NCBI GenBank assembly: GCA_951406725.2
Contig: OX597814.1
Coordinates: forward strand, 104,532,001-104,596,000
DNA from: Octopus vulgaris
Lineage: Eukaryota
Reading direction: 5' to 3'
DNA length: 64,000 bases
The notes under the pieces are model-generated. The model saw nothing but the letters and a program-made list of their open reading frames with translations, searched no databases and had not been told where the DNA came from. Shown here one piece after another: positions 26,653 to 40,254 of the stretch (position 1 is the first letter of the stretch; each line of letters begins with the position of its first letter). Made by a program: the position numbers and the translations under genes.

Positions 26653-27055
26653 GGAGTGGCTGTGTGGCAAGTAGTTTGTTTACCAACCACATGGTTCCGG
26701 GTTCAGTCTCACTGCGTGGCACCTTGGGCAAGTGTCTTATTCTATAGCCTCGGGCCGACCAAAGCCTTGTGAGTGGATTTGGTAGACGGAAACTGAAAGA
26801 AGCCCGCCGTATATATGTATATATATATGCGTGTGTGTGTTTGTGTATCTGTGTTTGTCCCCCTAGCATTGCTTGACTACCGATGCTGGTGTGTTTATGT
26901 CCCCGTTACTTAGCGGTTCGGCAAAAGAGGCCGATAGAATAAGTACTGGGCTTACAAAGAATAAGTCCCGGAGTCGATTTGCTCGACTAAAGGCGGTGCT
27001 TCAGCATGGCCGCAGTCAAATGACTGAAACAAGTAAAAGAGTAAAGAGTAAAGAG
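26653..27055 (+). mobile_element. Family B SINE, near full length (reference copy)
   Basis: tRNA-like head (GGCTGTGTGG, GGTTCAGTC), CORE-like CACCTTGGGCAAGTGTC, internal TA/TG tract, AGTAAAGAG tail. Confidence 0.88.
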
Positions 27056-27059
27056 TTAT

Positions 27060-27265
27060 GAGGCAGCGAGATGGGAGAATCGATCGCACGCCGGGCGAAA
27101 TGCTTAGCAGCATTTCGTCCGTTTTTGTTTCTGAGTTCAAATTCCGCCCAGGTCTCATCACTTCAGAATCGATAAAATAAATACTAGTTGAGTACTGGGA
27201 TCGATGTCATCGATTTAGCCCCTCCATTCGAAATTGCTGGCCTTATGCCAAAATTTGAAACCAAC
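27060..27265 (+). mobile_element. Family A SINE
   Basis: Head and GCTGGCCTTATGCCAAAATTTGAAACC tail. Confidence 0.75.
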
Positions 27266-28084
27266 CTCTTATACTTCTTAGGGTGGTGGCTCAGGCGTAG
27301 AGTACCTTTATAAGGTGTTTCCTTAATCTCCATCACGTTTTAATTTCAAATGCTGTCCACGCCGACTTTACCTTTCACCCTTCCACGTTCGAAGAAATAA
27401 TCATTGTTGTTATTTAGACCAAATCAGTCTCTATCGGTCATACTTATGATTAGAGACGTTTTACCTTCGATCATTCGATCTTTTTTGATTCTAGGAATGG
27501 CGTATCGTGGAGTATAGTAACCAATATGTCTTGGTTTGAATTTTTTTTTAATTTACAAGTTAGAAAGAAGTGGTTTGGATGAAAAAAAACTCTTGATAGG
27601 TGGAATTTTTATCTCAGGTCTTTTAGTCTTTTAGCGCTAGGTCGAAGTCAACCCCTTTCTCTTCTATCGTTGATGCGCCTGGGAAATATATGAACATCAC
27701 ATAAGCCACTTTCTCTGATACTGAGATTTTTTAATCTATGACCTCACGTTTATCAAAGAGAAAAGGGCAGAAATCGGCAAAATTAGTTGTTTTTTAGGCT
27801 AAAATGGTGGTTGGGTAGATTTTTGAATTGGTAAAGTGTCGGACAAAATAAAATGCTTTGTTGTTATTTAGTTATGTCCCTCTAAGTTCTGGGTTCAAAT
27901 CACACCGTGGTTAATTAAATCGACCAAACAATGTTACCTAAATTTATGGTCTTTTAAAATATAGATTTTATTTTTTGTAGTAGTGAATCAATACTCCACA
28001 TTTGTTAGTGATGAGTATGGTTAATTAGACTGACCCAAGTAGATGACTGGTATTTATGAATATGAAGGTTTTGATTTAGAACAA

Positions 28085-28740
28085 TTTACTCGAAAACAGA
28101 CATCTGGGACTTCACAGCAACCGAAATTTACCCATTAATTCCAAACTCCCGTAAAACCCTTCACAGCATATCCCCCGGCACGCGTTCATATGTCTTTATG
28201 AGATCTACAAAGCAAGCGTACCTCTTGGCATTATTGCCACGTTTTCTTCAAATCTTGCTATAGAATGGTTATCTGGTCGAATGGATTCAGGACGGAAGCC
28301 ACTCTGATCGGTAAGCATGGATGTGACAACTTCCCGACATCACTTCTCCTGACACCTAGGCTCGACAAAGCGATTCCTCTATCATCATAACACCCTATCT
28401 TGTCACCCTCTTTAAAAATTGGAGTTATCAGCCTGGATTTTCATTGCATTGGTGTCTTTCCGGAGGTTCTAGTTACCTGGTATACATGAGACCATAGAAT
28501 GCGTTCTCTGTTTCAGGCTTTTAAAATCAGACGGGATTTCATCCTCTCCGGTGGCCTTGCAACATTTGGGCGATTTTAATCTGACTAAACGCACTGTGAA
28601 GTTAATCATCGTCCCAAAACGCACTTCGTGGCCCCATCAGAAGATTTTATTGGGACTAGATTTAAGCCGGCAAAATATTCACTCACCCCACCCAGGATGC
28701 TCTTCTCTGAAGAGTGAACAATCCCGGCCTAGTTCTTAAT
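28085..28740 (-). mobile_element. Decayed RTE-clade LINE RT fragment
   Basis: Manual translation gives KATGEDEIP, TSGKTPMQ*KSRLITPIFKEGDKIGCYDDRGIALSSL and YACFVDLIKTYERVPGDML*RVLREFGING. Confidence 0.8.
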
Positions 28741-28758
28741 GGTAGGGGTGGAAGGGAA

Positions 28759-29919
28759 CTCCTCCTCCTCCTCCTCCTCCTTCACCTTTTCTTCTTCATC
28801 CTCTTCCTCCCTCTTCCTTTTCTTCTACTTCTTCTACTTCTTCTTCTTCTTCTTCTTCGTCTACTTCTCCTTCTTCTTCTTCTTCTTCTTCTTCTTCTTC
28901 TTCTTCTTCTTCTTCTTCTCCTTCTTCTTCTTCTTCTTCTTCTTCTTCTACTTCTTCTTCTCTTCTTCTTCTTCTTCTTCTTCTTCTTCTTCTACTGCTC
29001 CTTCTTCTTCGTCTTCTTCTTCATCTTCTTCTTTTTCTTCTCCTTCTTCTTCTTCTCCTCCTCCTTCTTCTTCTTCTTCTTCTTCTTCTTCTTCTCCTCC
29101 TCCTCCTCCTCCTCCTCCTCCATCTCCTTCTTCTTCTTCTTCTTCTTCTTCTTCTTCTCCTCCTTCTCCTCCTTCTTCTCCTTCTTCTTCTTCTTCTTCT
29201 CCTCCTTCTTCTTCTTCTTCTCTTCTTCTTCTTCTTCTTCTTCTTCTTCTTCTCCTCCTCCTCCTCCTCCTCCTCCTCCTCCTTCTCCTTCTTCTTCTTC
29301 TTCTTCTTTTTCTTCTTCTTCTTCTTCTCCTCCTCCTCCTCCTCCATCTCCTTCTTCTTCTTCTTCTTCTTCTTCTTCTTCTCCTCCTTCTTCTCCTTCT
29401 TCTCCTTCTTCTTCTTTTTCTTCTTCTTTCTTCTTCTTCTTCTTCTTCTTCTTCTTCTCCTCCTCCTCCTCCTCCTCCTCCATCTCCTTCTTCTTCTTCT
29501 TCTTCTTCTCCTCCTTCTTCTCCTTCTTCTCCTTCTTCTTCTTTTTCTCCTTCTTCTTCTTCTTCTTCTTCTTCTTTTTCTCCTTCTTCTTCTTCTTCTT
29601 CTTCTTCTTTTTCTTCTCCTCTGCCTCCTCTTCCTCCTCCCCTTCTCCCCCTCCTGCCCCTCCTCCTCCTTCTTCTTCCCTTCTTCTTCTTCTTCCCTTC
29701 TTCTTCTTCCTCTTCTTCTTCTCTTCTTCTTCTTCTTCTTCTTCTTCTTCTTCTTCTTCTTCTTCTTCTTTTTCTTCTCCGCCTCCTCTTCCTCCTCCTC
29801 CCCTTTCTCCCCCTCCTGCCCCTCCTCCTCTTCCTCCTCTTCCTCCTTCTTCTTCTTCTTCTTCTTCTTCTTCTTCTTCTTCTTCTTCTTCTTCTTCTTC
29901 TTCTTCTTCTTCTTCTTCT
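28759..29919. repeat. ~1.16-kb (CTT/CCT)n polypyrimidine tract
   Basis: Seen directly. It is the source of the spurious 405-527 aa ORFs. Confidence 0.97.
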
Positions 29920-30050
29920 GCCGGTGCGTAACTGGTACTTATTTAATCGACCCCGAAAGGATGAAAGGCAAAGTCGATCTCGGCGGTGGAATTTGAACTC
30001 AGAACCTAGCGACGGGCGAAATAGCGCTAAGCATTTCGCCCGTCGCACTA
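29920..30050 (-). mobile_element. Family A SINE internal fragment between microsatellites
   Basis: GTGCGTAACTGGTACTTATTTAATCGACCCCGAAAGGATGAAAGGC. Confidence 0.8.
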
Positions 30051-30053
30051 AAT

Positions 30054-30113
<60 letters not shown>

Positions 30114-30123
30114 CACCACCACC

Positions 30124-30186
<63 letters not shown>

Positions 30187-30205
30187 GCTACTGCTGCTGC
30201 TGCTG

Positions 30206-30268
<63 letters not shown>

Positions 30269-31060
30269 ATAATAATAATAATGATATATGTACATATAGT
30301 ATGTCGTTCGGCTGTCCAGTGAGAGATAAATATCATTCAATATATATTGTAAAATGAATTACTCGAGGCGAATTCCTTTTGTCCAACTGGAGGACAGCAG
30401 TCTCTTCGGATCGAAGAGTTTCCTCACATTTTTCGCCTCCTCTCTCTTATACATTCGTTAGCACTAGCGACATTAGTTATGATATCTACAGACAACGGGG
30501 ACGCAGATCTTGTTTAGCTGATTTTTCTTCTTCTTCTTCTTCTTCTTCTTCTTCTTCTTCTTCTTCTTCTTCTTCTTCTTCTTCTTCTTCTTCTTCTTCT
30601 TCTTCTTCTTCTTCTTCTTCTTCTTCTTCTTCTCCTTCTTCTTCTTCTTCTTCTTCCACTTAGTGCATCAACTTACTTTTCGTCTTCTTTTTTCTCTTCA
30701 TGTTTTCTCGTAGAACAGCGTCCTGCTTTTCAAACAGGACTAACTGTATCCACTGAAGTTGAAAGATCGCTTGGAGAAACACGACATGTTATACAAATAT
30801 ATCAATTATTGTCTCTCTACGGCACTTGTCTGTGAAATCATATCTGTAGTGAAAGGAATTAGCTGTCTTTGGCTGCTATTTCTAAATTTTCGGTTTGTGG
30901 TGAAGCAACTTGTTGCTAAACCCTTAATTATATTTATGATTATATATATATATATATAAAAACTTTTTCTAAAAGTTTTTACCGATAATGGTTCTTTTTC
31001 CATACCGAAACTACTTGGTAAAATTTATCAATTATTTAATTAATATTTCTTTACCCTATA

Positions 31061-31142
<82 letters not shown>

Positions 31143-32653
31143 AAAAGAAGTCAAGGTAGAAAATGCTAAAATAATTTATCATAAAAAACATTTTAGTACC
31201 GGTTTCAGTCATTGAGACTTTTTCAAATCTAAGTATGGAAAACAATTTAATTTTGGAAAAATTAAATGAAAAGTTTTTAAAAGAGTATTTGCATAGTATT
31301 CAAATACAAGGGACATTTTCCTTGTTTCTGCCTGTCTCTGTCTCTCTTGTTTACTCTTGTGGGTTCGAAGTTGTTGTGAATTCTTGGCAGAGAAGAAGAA
31401 AAGAATGCGACAGTGGTATGATATATATATATATATATATATATACAAGTATGTAACTATGTATCTATGTATATACATACGTACATATATATATATATCC
31501 TTTCTAATATGTGTATACGAGTACACTGACACACATACACACAGACACACACACACAGACATATATATATATGCATATATATATACACACGTGTGTGTAT
31601 GTGTGTGTGTATTTTATTGTGTCATATAATGAAGAAAGTAATTTATTGTCAGAGCTAATCTTGATACAATGTTCACCTCAACACTGGGTGAAGTAAAATC
31701 ATGTACTTTAAATGAAGTACCCGACATAAAACAGCCAAACACGTTAACATTTATTTATTGACTTTAATATTTATGTAGTTCTTAATTCATCTGGAGTCAA
31801 TTTATATAATAAACCGAATGACCATTGAATTCGTTTAGAATATTTCATAACATGTCTAAATCATATTGTATGGTATTTGTAAAGAGATCCGCAATAACGA
31901 CCAGTAAAAGCCCGCTGTTGATTGTCGGAACGAAATTTAGATGTGTGACTCATCGTTATACTCGAGGCTGCCGGGATCATATGGAATGATAGAATGGTGA
32001 TACACCGCTTCTAGGGAGGAGAGGGTCTATGGAGGAAAACTGTAAAGCATAAAAACAACAAAATATTGGGGTTGGAAGGTTGCATTATGAGATAAGGGAA
32101 GCAGGGTGTGTCTGTTTTCCGTCTCATTTTGTGATACAGCGATGCGTTTAAATAGTTAGTCATGTATCTTGCACAAGACATCTCCGTTAACATGTCGATA
32201 AATATAAAATGTCGGAATATGACATATTTATTACGGCAAAAACACACACAAAAGAAACACTCACACACACAGACACAAACCCCACGACCAAGCACACACA
32301 CACACATATACATACACACTTACACGCTCACACATATATTCTGAGTTTCATTCCGTTTCACAAACTGGCTTGCAACAGCTTTTCATTATTTCACACTTTA
32401 ACCATTAAACGTTATCTACCATGATTCCATCTTCCCCTGCACGAACATTATCTCTATCTCTATCTTTCTCTCTCTGTCTGTCCACATGTCTGTCTGTCTT
32501 TCTCTCTGTCTCTCTCTCTCTCTTTCCCTCTCATTCTCTTCCTTTCTCTTTCTCTTTTTTATATACAATACACACACATGCATTTATACCAGCAGATAGT
32601 TACACGGAATTAATTTTATACGTTTCTACGTATAACTAACTGAAGAATAGGTA

Positions 32654-32759
<106 letters not shown>

Positions 32760-33452
32760 GCCATCTATCCCTTCATCTATCTATCTCTGTCTGTATGTCT
32801 GTCTGCCTGTGTATCGCAACGATTTGATTTCATTTTCTGAAACTGTGCATTGTTTCTTTCTAAATATTGTCAATCCTTTCAATTTTTATCTTCCGCTCAA
32901 ATTTCATCTTCTGGGTATTTTTTTTTTACATCAACATATAATCACAGACTCTGACACACATACATATCCCCTGCACATATATGTATTACTCATATATATT
33001 TTGTCATAGATAAAATATAATCCTGTTATTTTCTTGGAATATATCTTTAATTTCTTTCACTAATGGGAATCTGAAATTATAAAACGAATTGTTTCCAGTA
33101 TATATCGAAAATAAATGACAAAAACTATGGAAATATTCTTCATTTCACAGATTAATAATTCCTGTGGAAAATATTAATAATTTAAATTCTGAGAATAAAA
33201 AGAAGCTAAATGAATGAGACGAGAAAAAACAAAACATTTAATAAATATTTTAGTTAATCTCAAAGATGGCAAAACATGGCTGACAGAAACATCAGGAAAA
33301 GTACGTATTTATTTATCTTTCATATCACCGTTTCCATATTTGAAAAAATATATACATACATACACCCGCCTGCCTGCCTGTTTGCCTATCTAATGAAACT
33401 TATATATGCGCATATATGTATAACACGCACACACACCCAGACACATTCACAC

Positions 33453-33531
<79 letters not shown>

Positions 33532-33565
33532 CATACGCATGCACATATATTTATGTATGCATATG

Positions 33566-33607
<42 letters not shown>

Positions 33608-34234
33608 TATGTCTTTTAATTATTTTTATTTATGTATTTATCCCTTTTATGGTTGACTAACTTAGTTTTCCTTTCCTTCTTTCTTCCTTTCTTTCTTTTC
33701 CTCCCTCCCTGTTTATCTCTTTTCTTTTCCCCTTCTTTCTCTCTCCCTCTCTCTCTCTCTCTTTATTTTCTATTTTGTTTTTCCCTATCTTTTTTCTCCC
33801 TCCTTTTCTCTTGGTTCTTAACCCCGCCTTTCCTTTTCCCTGCCAATTGGCTTCTTCCTACTACCCACCGAAAATAAATGCACAGTGCCCCGCCACCGTC
33901 CTAACTATTGACATCAGTTCTCTGTAATATAATGTAATAAAGTGTTCCCTGGTAGTCTGTTGAGGTTAAGCCTCCAATGCAGATTTTCCAAAGTTACATA
34001 GAAAAACGTAAGTAGGAACGAACCATACGGACCTGCGTTTATCTCAGTGTCTCCTACATTTGCTCTGAATATCATAATCAATAACATCACTCAGTATAAT
34101 AGTTGTTTGACTGCTATACTGGAAGCAGACTGGATGAGGATAATCTACGTTGAGCTCAACACAACAGTAGTAGTCGTAAATTTATTTGTACAAACAAGAT
34201 ACATCACATATATATGTAATATATCGCCATGATT

Positions 34235-34422
34235 GACCGCTAGCCATTAAATCTGTTTTTTTATTCTCTCTCTCTCTCTTTTTATTTCCTCGTCTTCCTT
34301 TCTGTTGAAGAGCGTAGACTCGAAACGTAAAAGACATTCCCACCTTCCCAAGCGTTAAACTAATACACCTGTTTGTTGTTCATAGACCTGTCTTCGTCTT
34401 TTGGTTTTTTTTTGTAAATTCC

Positions 34423-34425
<3 letters not shown>
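34235..34425 (+). mobile_element. Family H TA-anchored repeat with a variant hammerhead
   Basis: CTTT-CTGTTGA-A-GAG(CGTAGA)CTC-GAAA-CG-TA^AAAG (34298-34333). Ends TTCCAAC + (TA)n. Confidence 0.6.
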
Positions 34426-34457
<32 letters not shown>

Positions 34458-34484
34458 CATACACACACATATATATATACACAC

Positions 34485-34629
<145 letters not shown>

Positions 34630-35116
34630 TATATATATGTATATGTATAAGTATGTATGTTTTTGTACAATTTTGAACCATATATATATATGTGTGCGTG
34701 CATGCGTGTGTGCGTGTGTGCATGCGTGCGTGTATGTATGTATATAAGAAAATGAGAATAGAGAATTTAAAAGAAATCTTAGCAGTAGTTTACAAGTGAT
34801 TGTAAAAGATTTAACGGACTTAATCGATTGTTCGAACCTTTGATTTCTGCAGCCCTAATCAGCCACATTTCCCCTCCCACTGTTCCCTCGTATTAACAGC
34901 GCATCACTGTCACTCCCCTACTACACCCACTACCACCATTCTTCCTCCCTCAGCACCCCCCAACGAATACCCCCCCCCCAATGTTCTAAGTAGGCGTTAA
35001 GCTCTTCTTTCGATTCTCTCTCCTTAGGGAACTGACCAATATCAACACTACCACTTTAAACTTCATCATCATTTTGCTGCTCTTGTTTACCTTGTTGTAG
35101 TAGCAGCAGCAGAAGC

Positions 35117-35154
<38 letters not shown>

Positions 35155-37063
35155 CAGCAGCAGCAGCAGCAGAAGCAGTTGTATTAGCAGAAGCAGTAGT
35201 AGTAGTAGTAGTAGTAGTAGCAGCAACAATAGCAGCAGTAGCAGCAGCAGCAGTAGTAGTAGTAGTAGTAGTGGTAGTAGTAGATGTTCTTCATCAGCTT
35301 CGTCTTCGTCGTCGTCGTAATCATCATCATCATCATCTTCATCCTTTAACTTCATAATCATCATTCACTACTACTACTACTACTACTTCCTCGTTTTACT
35401 TTCCATTTTCATGTCTACTTCTCTCCTTTTCCTCTTTCTCTTTCCCTTTCTCTGTCTTCTACTTCTGCTTCCTCCCAAACATCCCTATTGCCCTTCAACT
35501 CCTCCTTCCACTTTAAACATTTCTTCCTACCCCTGTATGCTAAATATCCTTCATTCTCTGTCTTCGGGTTACGCCGACGCTATCACACCATGCTTCATTA
35601 AAGCTATGGTTAAAAAAAAGCAGAAGCCTTTTGACAGCCATTTTTTTCGGGTTCATAGCAGCTACAGGCAGCTCGCCGATGGAACTCCACACAATCCCCT
35701 GCCGGGTATAATGTCAGCAAGCTGTTAGCTGTAATTGGTTCAATTAATATTCTCACTATTGAACCACTGTCTACACATTGTCCTGTCATGGCTTCGTGGC
35801 TATTTGAAGAAGTCTGAGAATTAGAGAGAAAATTATATTTCGCGTCTCGTACATTCGTGTATACACATTTATGTACCTGTGTAAAGCTTTCGCTGTCCTT
35901 CCTTTTCTACACACGCACGCACACACACACACGCACTCACACAAACACATATATAATATACATATGCATACATACACACACACACACATGTATATATATG
36001 GGTGTTTTGTTGTCCTTTGTCTGGATGTTTTGCGTCCTTAGATCATATAATAATATAAATAATATATAAATATATGCATATATACATACATATATGTACA
36101 TACCTACATGTATATGTATATATACATGCATGTATGGGTACATGACATAAAAAACGTGGGCAGAATGAGAAACGGGAACATAAAAAAACATAGAAAACGA
36201 ACTTTTTTCGAACAAACAAAACAAAACAAACAGAAACGAGACAGGCAACATAAAGAACATTTGTTCCCTGTTTTATCTACTCCACGTTTCGAAGGTAAGG
36301 ACAAGACGCGACTACTTTAAAACAGTCCTTCCCGCAAAGCAAATTAACGTTCATAAGTTCTGCATAGATGCATTTACTGCTTGCACGTTTACAAACACAA
36401 TGCATCTCTCAAGATGGCAGCGCCCAATTATTAATATAAATTTATGTTCATATTCACGGAATATGACATTCAATTACATCTTTGACTGCCGTGATTTTCT
36501 GAAACCAGTCTTTTCTCTGCAGGCCACGGGATACATATTTTGCTACCATTTATATAAAGACTAGATCTTCCAACGATAATCAGCTAATCATAGTCCACAA
36601 ATGCTTTTAAAGTCAAGATGTAACTCGAAAGCCTTGCTGCATTTTGTATGTGAATATATAAACATATGAATTAACTCTATTTACTGAGTAATAATCCTCG
36701 CTTTGACATATGCAACCTGCCATGGTGGTCACTCGCATTCGAAGAAGACTTGGTAGAATGTACCATGCCTTTGTCGATTGTTTTAGGTGTTAATTTAATA
36801 ATGGACTGACATGGAGACGCTCTCGGTCTTCCCATTCTTGATTCGGTGAAAAACAAAAAGATAAAGAGATGACGCAGCTGCTGGAGGGAAAGGAGAATGC
36901 ATTAGTATTTGCCTGATTCTTTTTCGACCTCGAAATATGAAAGCCAAAAGTTGACTTGGGCGGGATTTGATCTCGGCACGTAGAGCCGGAAGAAATATCA
37001 CAACACATCTTAACCGTCGCGCTAACGACTCTGCAATTCGACCACCTTTGCCAGAGAGAAAGA

Positions 37064-37114
<51 letters not shown>

Positions 37115-37880
37115 GTAGTGAGCAGGAAGAATTAAAGTTCGAAGCGAACGATTAATAAAGGCTGTCGGAAGTATAGAAGAGGAAGTGGAGTAGGAAGGCA
37201 GATGGTGGTAGTGAAGTAGTAATATGAGAAGGGGGAGGGCAGAGGAAGAGGAGGAAGTAAAGGAAGAAGAGGAAGAGAGGAAATAATAGGGAACAAGGTA
37301 CTGACGGAAGAATGCAAGAAATGACATTAACTCAACAAATTTTTGTAACAACTTCTAGCGTAACGGCTTTCGTTTTTTTTTTCTTGTCAAAGGAGGATTC
37401 CTGTTGCTTCTGTTGTTACTTTTTCAAAGAATTTACCAGAAACACAAATATGAAAGTAGAAAAGAAAACAAAGAAAAGCAAATTAATAAACGAGAATCTT
37501 GCTTAAGTGAGTAACATATATGGAATTGCATATTGTGTGCGATTTAACAAGCTTCACTGTTTCTTGTGTAAAAAGAAAATCATTGAATTTGGTTTGTTTT
37601 TCTGTCATTTATTATGATGACTCAGCGGCCAGTCATATCCCCAGTGTACTCACAAAAACATTACATAACTTGGATTACCCACGGCATAGCTATCGCCATT
37701 TAACAATCCATTTTGTATGAAATAAAATCTGTTACTGTTGTCATTAATAGATTGTGGTCCGACATTCTATGCTTCACTCTCGCTCTTTCTCTACCTTTCT
37801 CTCTGAATAAAAACATGTGCACACGGACACACGCGCATACTTTCATACGCAGAGGCGTATATAGATATTGTACGTCTCCG

Positions 37881-37974
<94 letters not shown>

Positions 37975-38256
37975 ATCTATCTAGCTATCTATCTAGTGGT
38001 AACATGTGACATTATTGACCGAGGTTACCGTGGTCTTTTCCGTAGGTTTTTCTTTCCACGGATAAATCTTATCTGTTTCCCACTTTATACTTTACATCAT
38101 GACATTTCTGTGATACACGATCCCTATTGATCGTTTTGTTTTTACGATCCCTTTTGATTGAAAACCTACCCGCCTTTTTTTTCTCCCCAAAAAGAAAAGC
38201 TCTACTTTGTAATTTGTCCCCTCTGTGTTCAACCCTGTGTGGCTAATAAAGAAACA

Positions 38257-38347
<91 letters not shown>

Positions 38348-39739
38348 GCCTGTCTGTCTGTGTCTATCACTCTCTCTCTGTTTGTCTGCCTCTCTAAGTG
38401 TATAAAACACACACACACACACACACACGCACACACACTCTCTCTCTCACCCCCTACACGTACGCACACACAAATATTAGCGTCCGCCTTTCTGTCAGCC
38501 TGTCTCTCCATTCATCGCTTTCTACATTATACTTACAACGGTTTTTCTCGTTTTTATTTTCCGATACATTTTAAGGCCGACTTTATTTTGCTCTCATTTA
38601 CGTTTCTCTCATTTCCCTCCTATTTTAAGACGTCTTTCCTTCTTTCCCCTCTTTCTACTGATCTCCCTTTGTTTATAGTTTTATGTTTCTTTCACTCAGT
38701 TTCCAAATAGAATTACCTCTCACTCATTTCGTAAAGCTCTTATATATGTCACGCACACACACACACACGCACACACACACACACACATGCACACGGCATT
38801 CGATCAGCATACATAATACTCACCATCAAACACACCACTAATACAACTACAACCACCAAACGCCAACATAATACATGACACATCCGTCACAACCATCTCT
38901 CTCTCACACACACACACACCAACTATCATACACATTAACACACATACTACATCACACGCATGTACCTACACATAAAGAAGAGACATAGACACGTACACAT
39001 TTAAACGGTGAGAATCAGGTAATCTTGAAAAGCATTAACAGAATATTTTTCCTCAACTCCGCCATTTTGGATGAGATTAAAATGACCATTATTGGTCATT
39101 ATTGGTGTCTGGTGCGACTTTAGGGACTTCGATAACGAAGGTACTTCAATCATTGTCTAACAGAAATACAGACAAGCCCAACCTTCACATGTACTCCCTT
39201 TAATCTATTATTATAGCGGTACCCGTATTACTCATTCAATTTAAACATTCCTTTCTCCTTCTTTTCTCAACTCATTCTTTCACGTGCTATTCTCTGTCGT
39301 TCTCTTCCTTTTTATCTTCCAGTTCCTCTTTCCGGTCTTTATTCTTTCATTCAAACTATTCCAAACCAAAATATTTTAGTGTTATGGGAACAATCTCTAA
39401 TAAATCCTAATGGTGCCCATTATACTAAACTTGTGCCATTTTCCCAGTCGTAGCCAGCCCATTCGATTTTCCACTACTTTGTGTTGATATTGTTTTGCCA
39501 TACACAACCGATTCCATCTTCCATATCCTTTGTAACAGAATACAAATGAAACAGTTCCATATAGACTTCCTTTAATCCATCCATAATCAACTGAATTCTA
39601 ATTTCATATTCGTTCATTGTTTCTCTTTTAATCTATCTTTCACCACTCGCTGTCAATCGTCGACCATTTTGGATTTTGTTTAGTTTTTAAAAATTTACTG
39701 GAATTTACATTATTAATTATTATTACTCAATTACTTTAA

Positions 39740-40110
39740 GTGGCAAGCCGGCCGAATCGTTAGCACACCGAGCAATTTGCTTACGTACTGACTTCAAGTT
39801 CTGCCGCGGTTGACTTTGTCTTTCATCTTTCCGGGGTCGATAAAAGAAAGCGCCATTTGAGTATCGGGATGGATGTCAAAGACTAGTCTCCTTCTCTCAA
39901 AATTTCAGAAAAGGATTATTATTTTGAGACAGCGTATTGGCTGAATCGTTAACGAGTTGAGCAAAATGCTTTGCAACATTTCTTTTGGCTCAAATACCGC
40001 CCAGTTCAACTTTGTCATCGTTTGTGAGTCGATAACATAAGTACCAGTTCAGGCGACGTAATCGATTTCCCACTCAGGTCACAATTGATGACCTTGTTAT
40101 AAAATTAGAA
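39740..40110 (+). mobile_element. Two diverged tandem family A SINEs
   Basis: GAATCGTTAGCAC..CTTTCATCTTTCCGGGGTCGATAAA, with a second head at ~39930. Confidence 0.65.
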
Positions 40111-40171
40111 GGATTTAGTAATTTCGTTCTCGAAGAGGTTATGTTTTCTCTTCTCGTCTTTCTTTTTCCAG

Positions 40172-40254
40172 GTGAGGCTTATAATCAATTGAATCGGTCA
40201 ATAAAATTGATTGATTCTGATTGTATTGATCTCAGTGGAGAAGAAAGACGATGA
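40172..40254 (+). other. Possible host exon (terminal coding exon candidate)
   Basis: A ~25-nt polypyrimidine tract + CAG ends at 40171. Phase-1 reading gives (G)EAYNQLNRSIKLIDSDCIDLSGEERR*. No homology recognised. Confidence 0.2.

Noticed and set aside
28714-30336. Long ORFs of 405, 527 and 462 aa
   Set aside because: They are translations of stop-free trinucleotide repeats and contain no domain.
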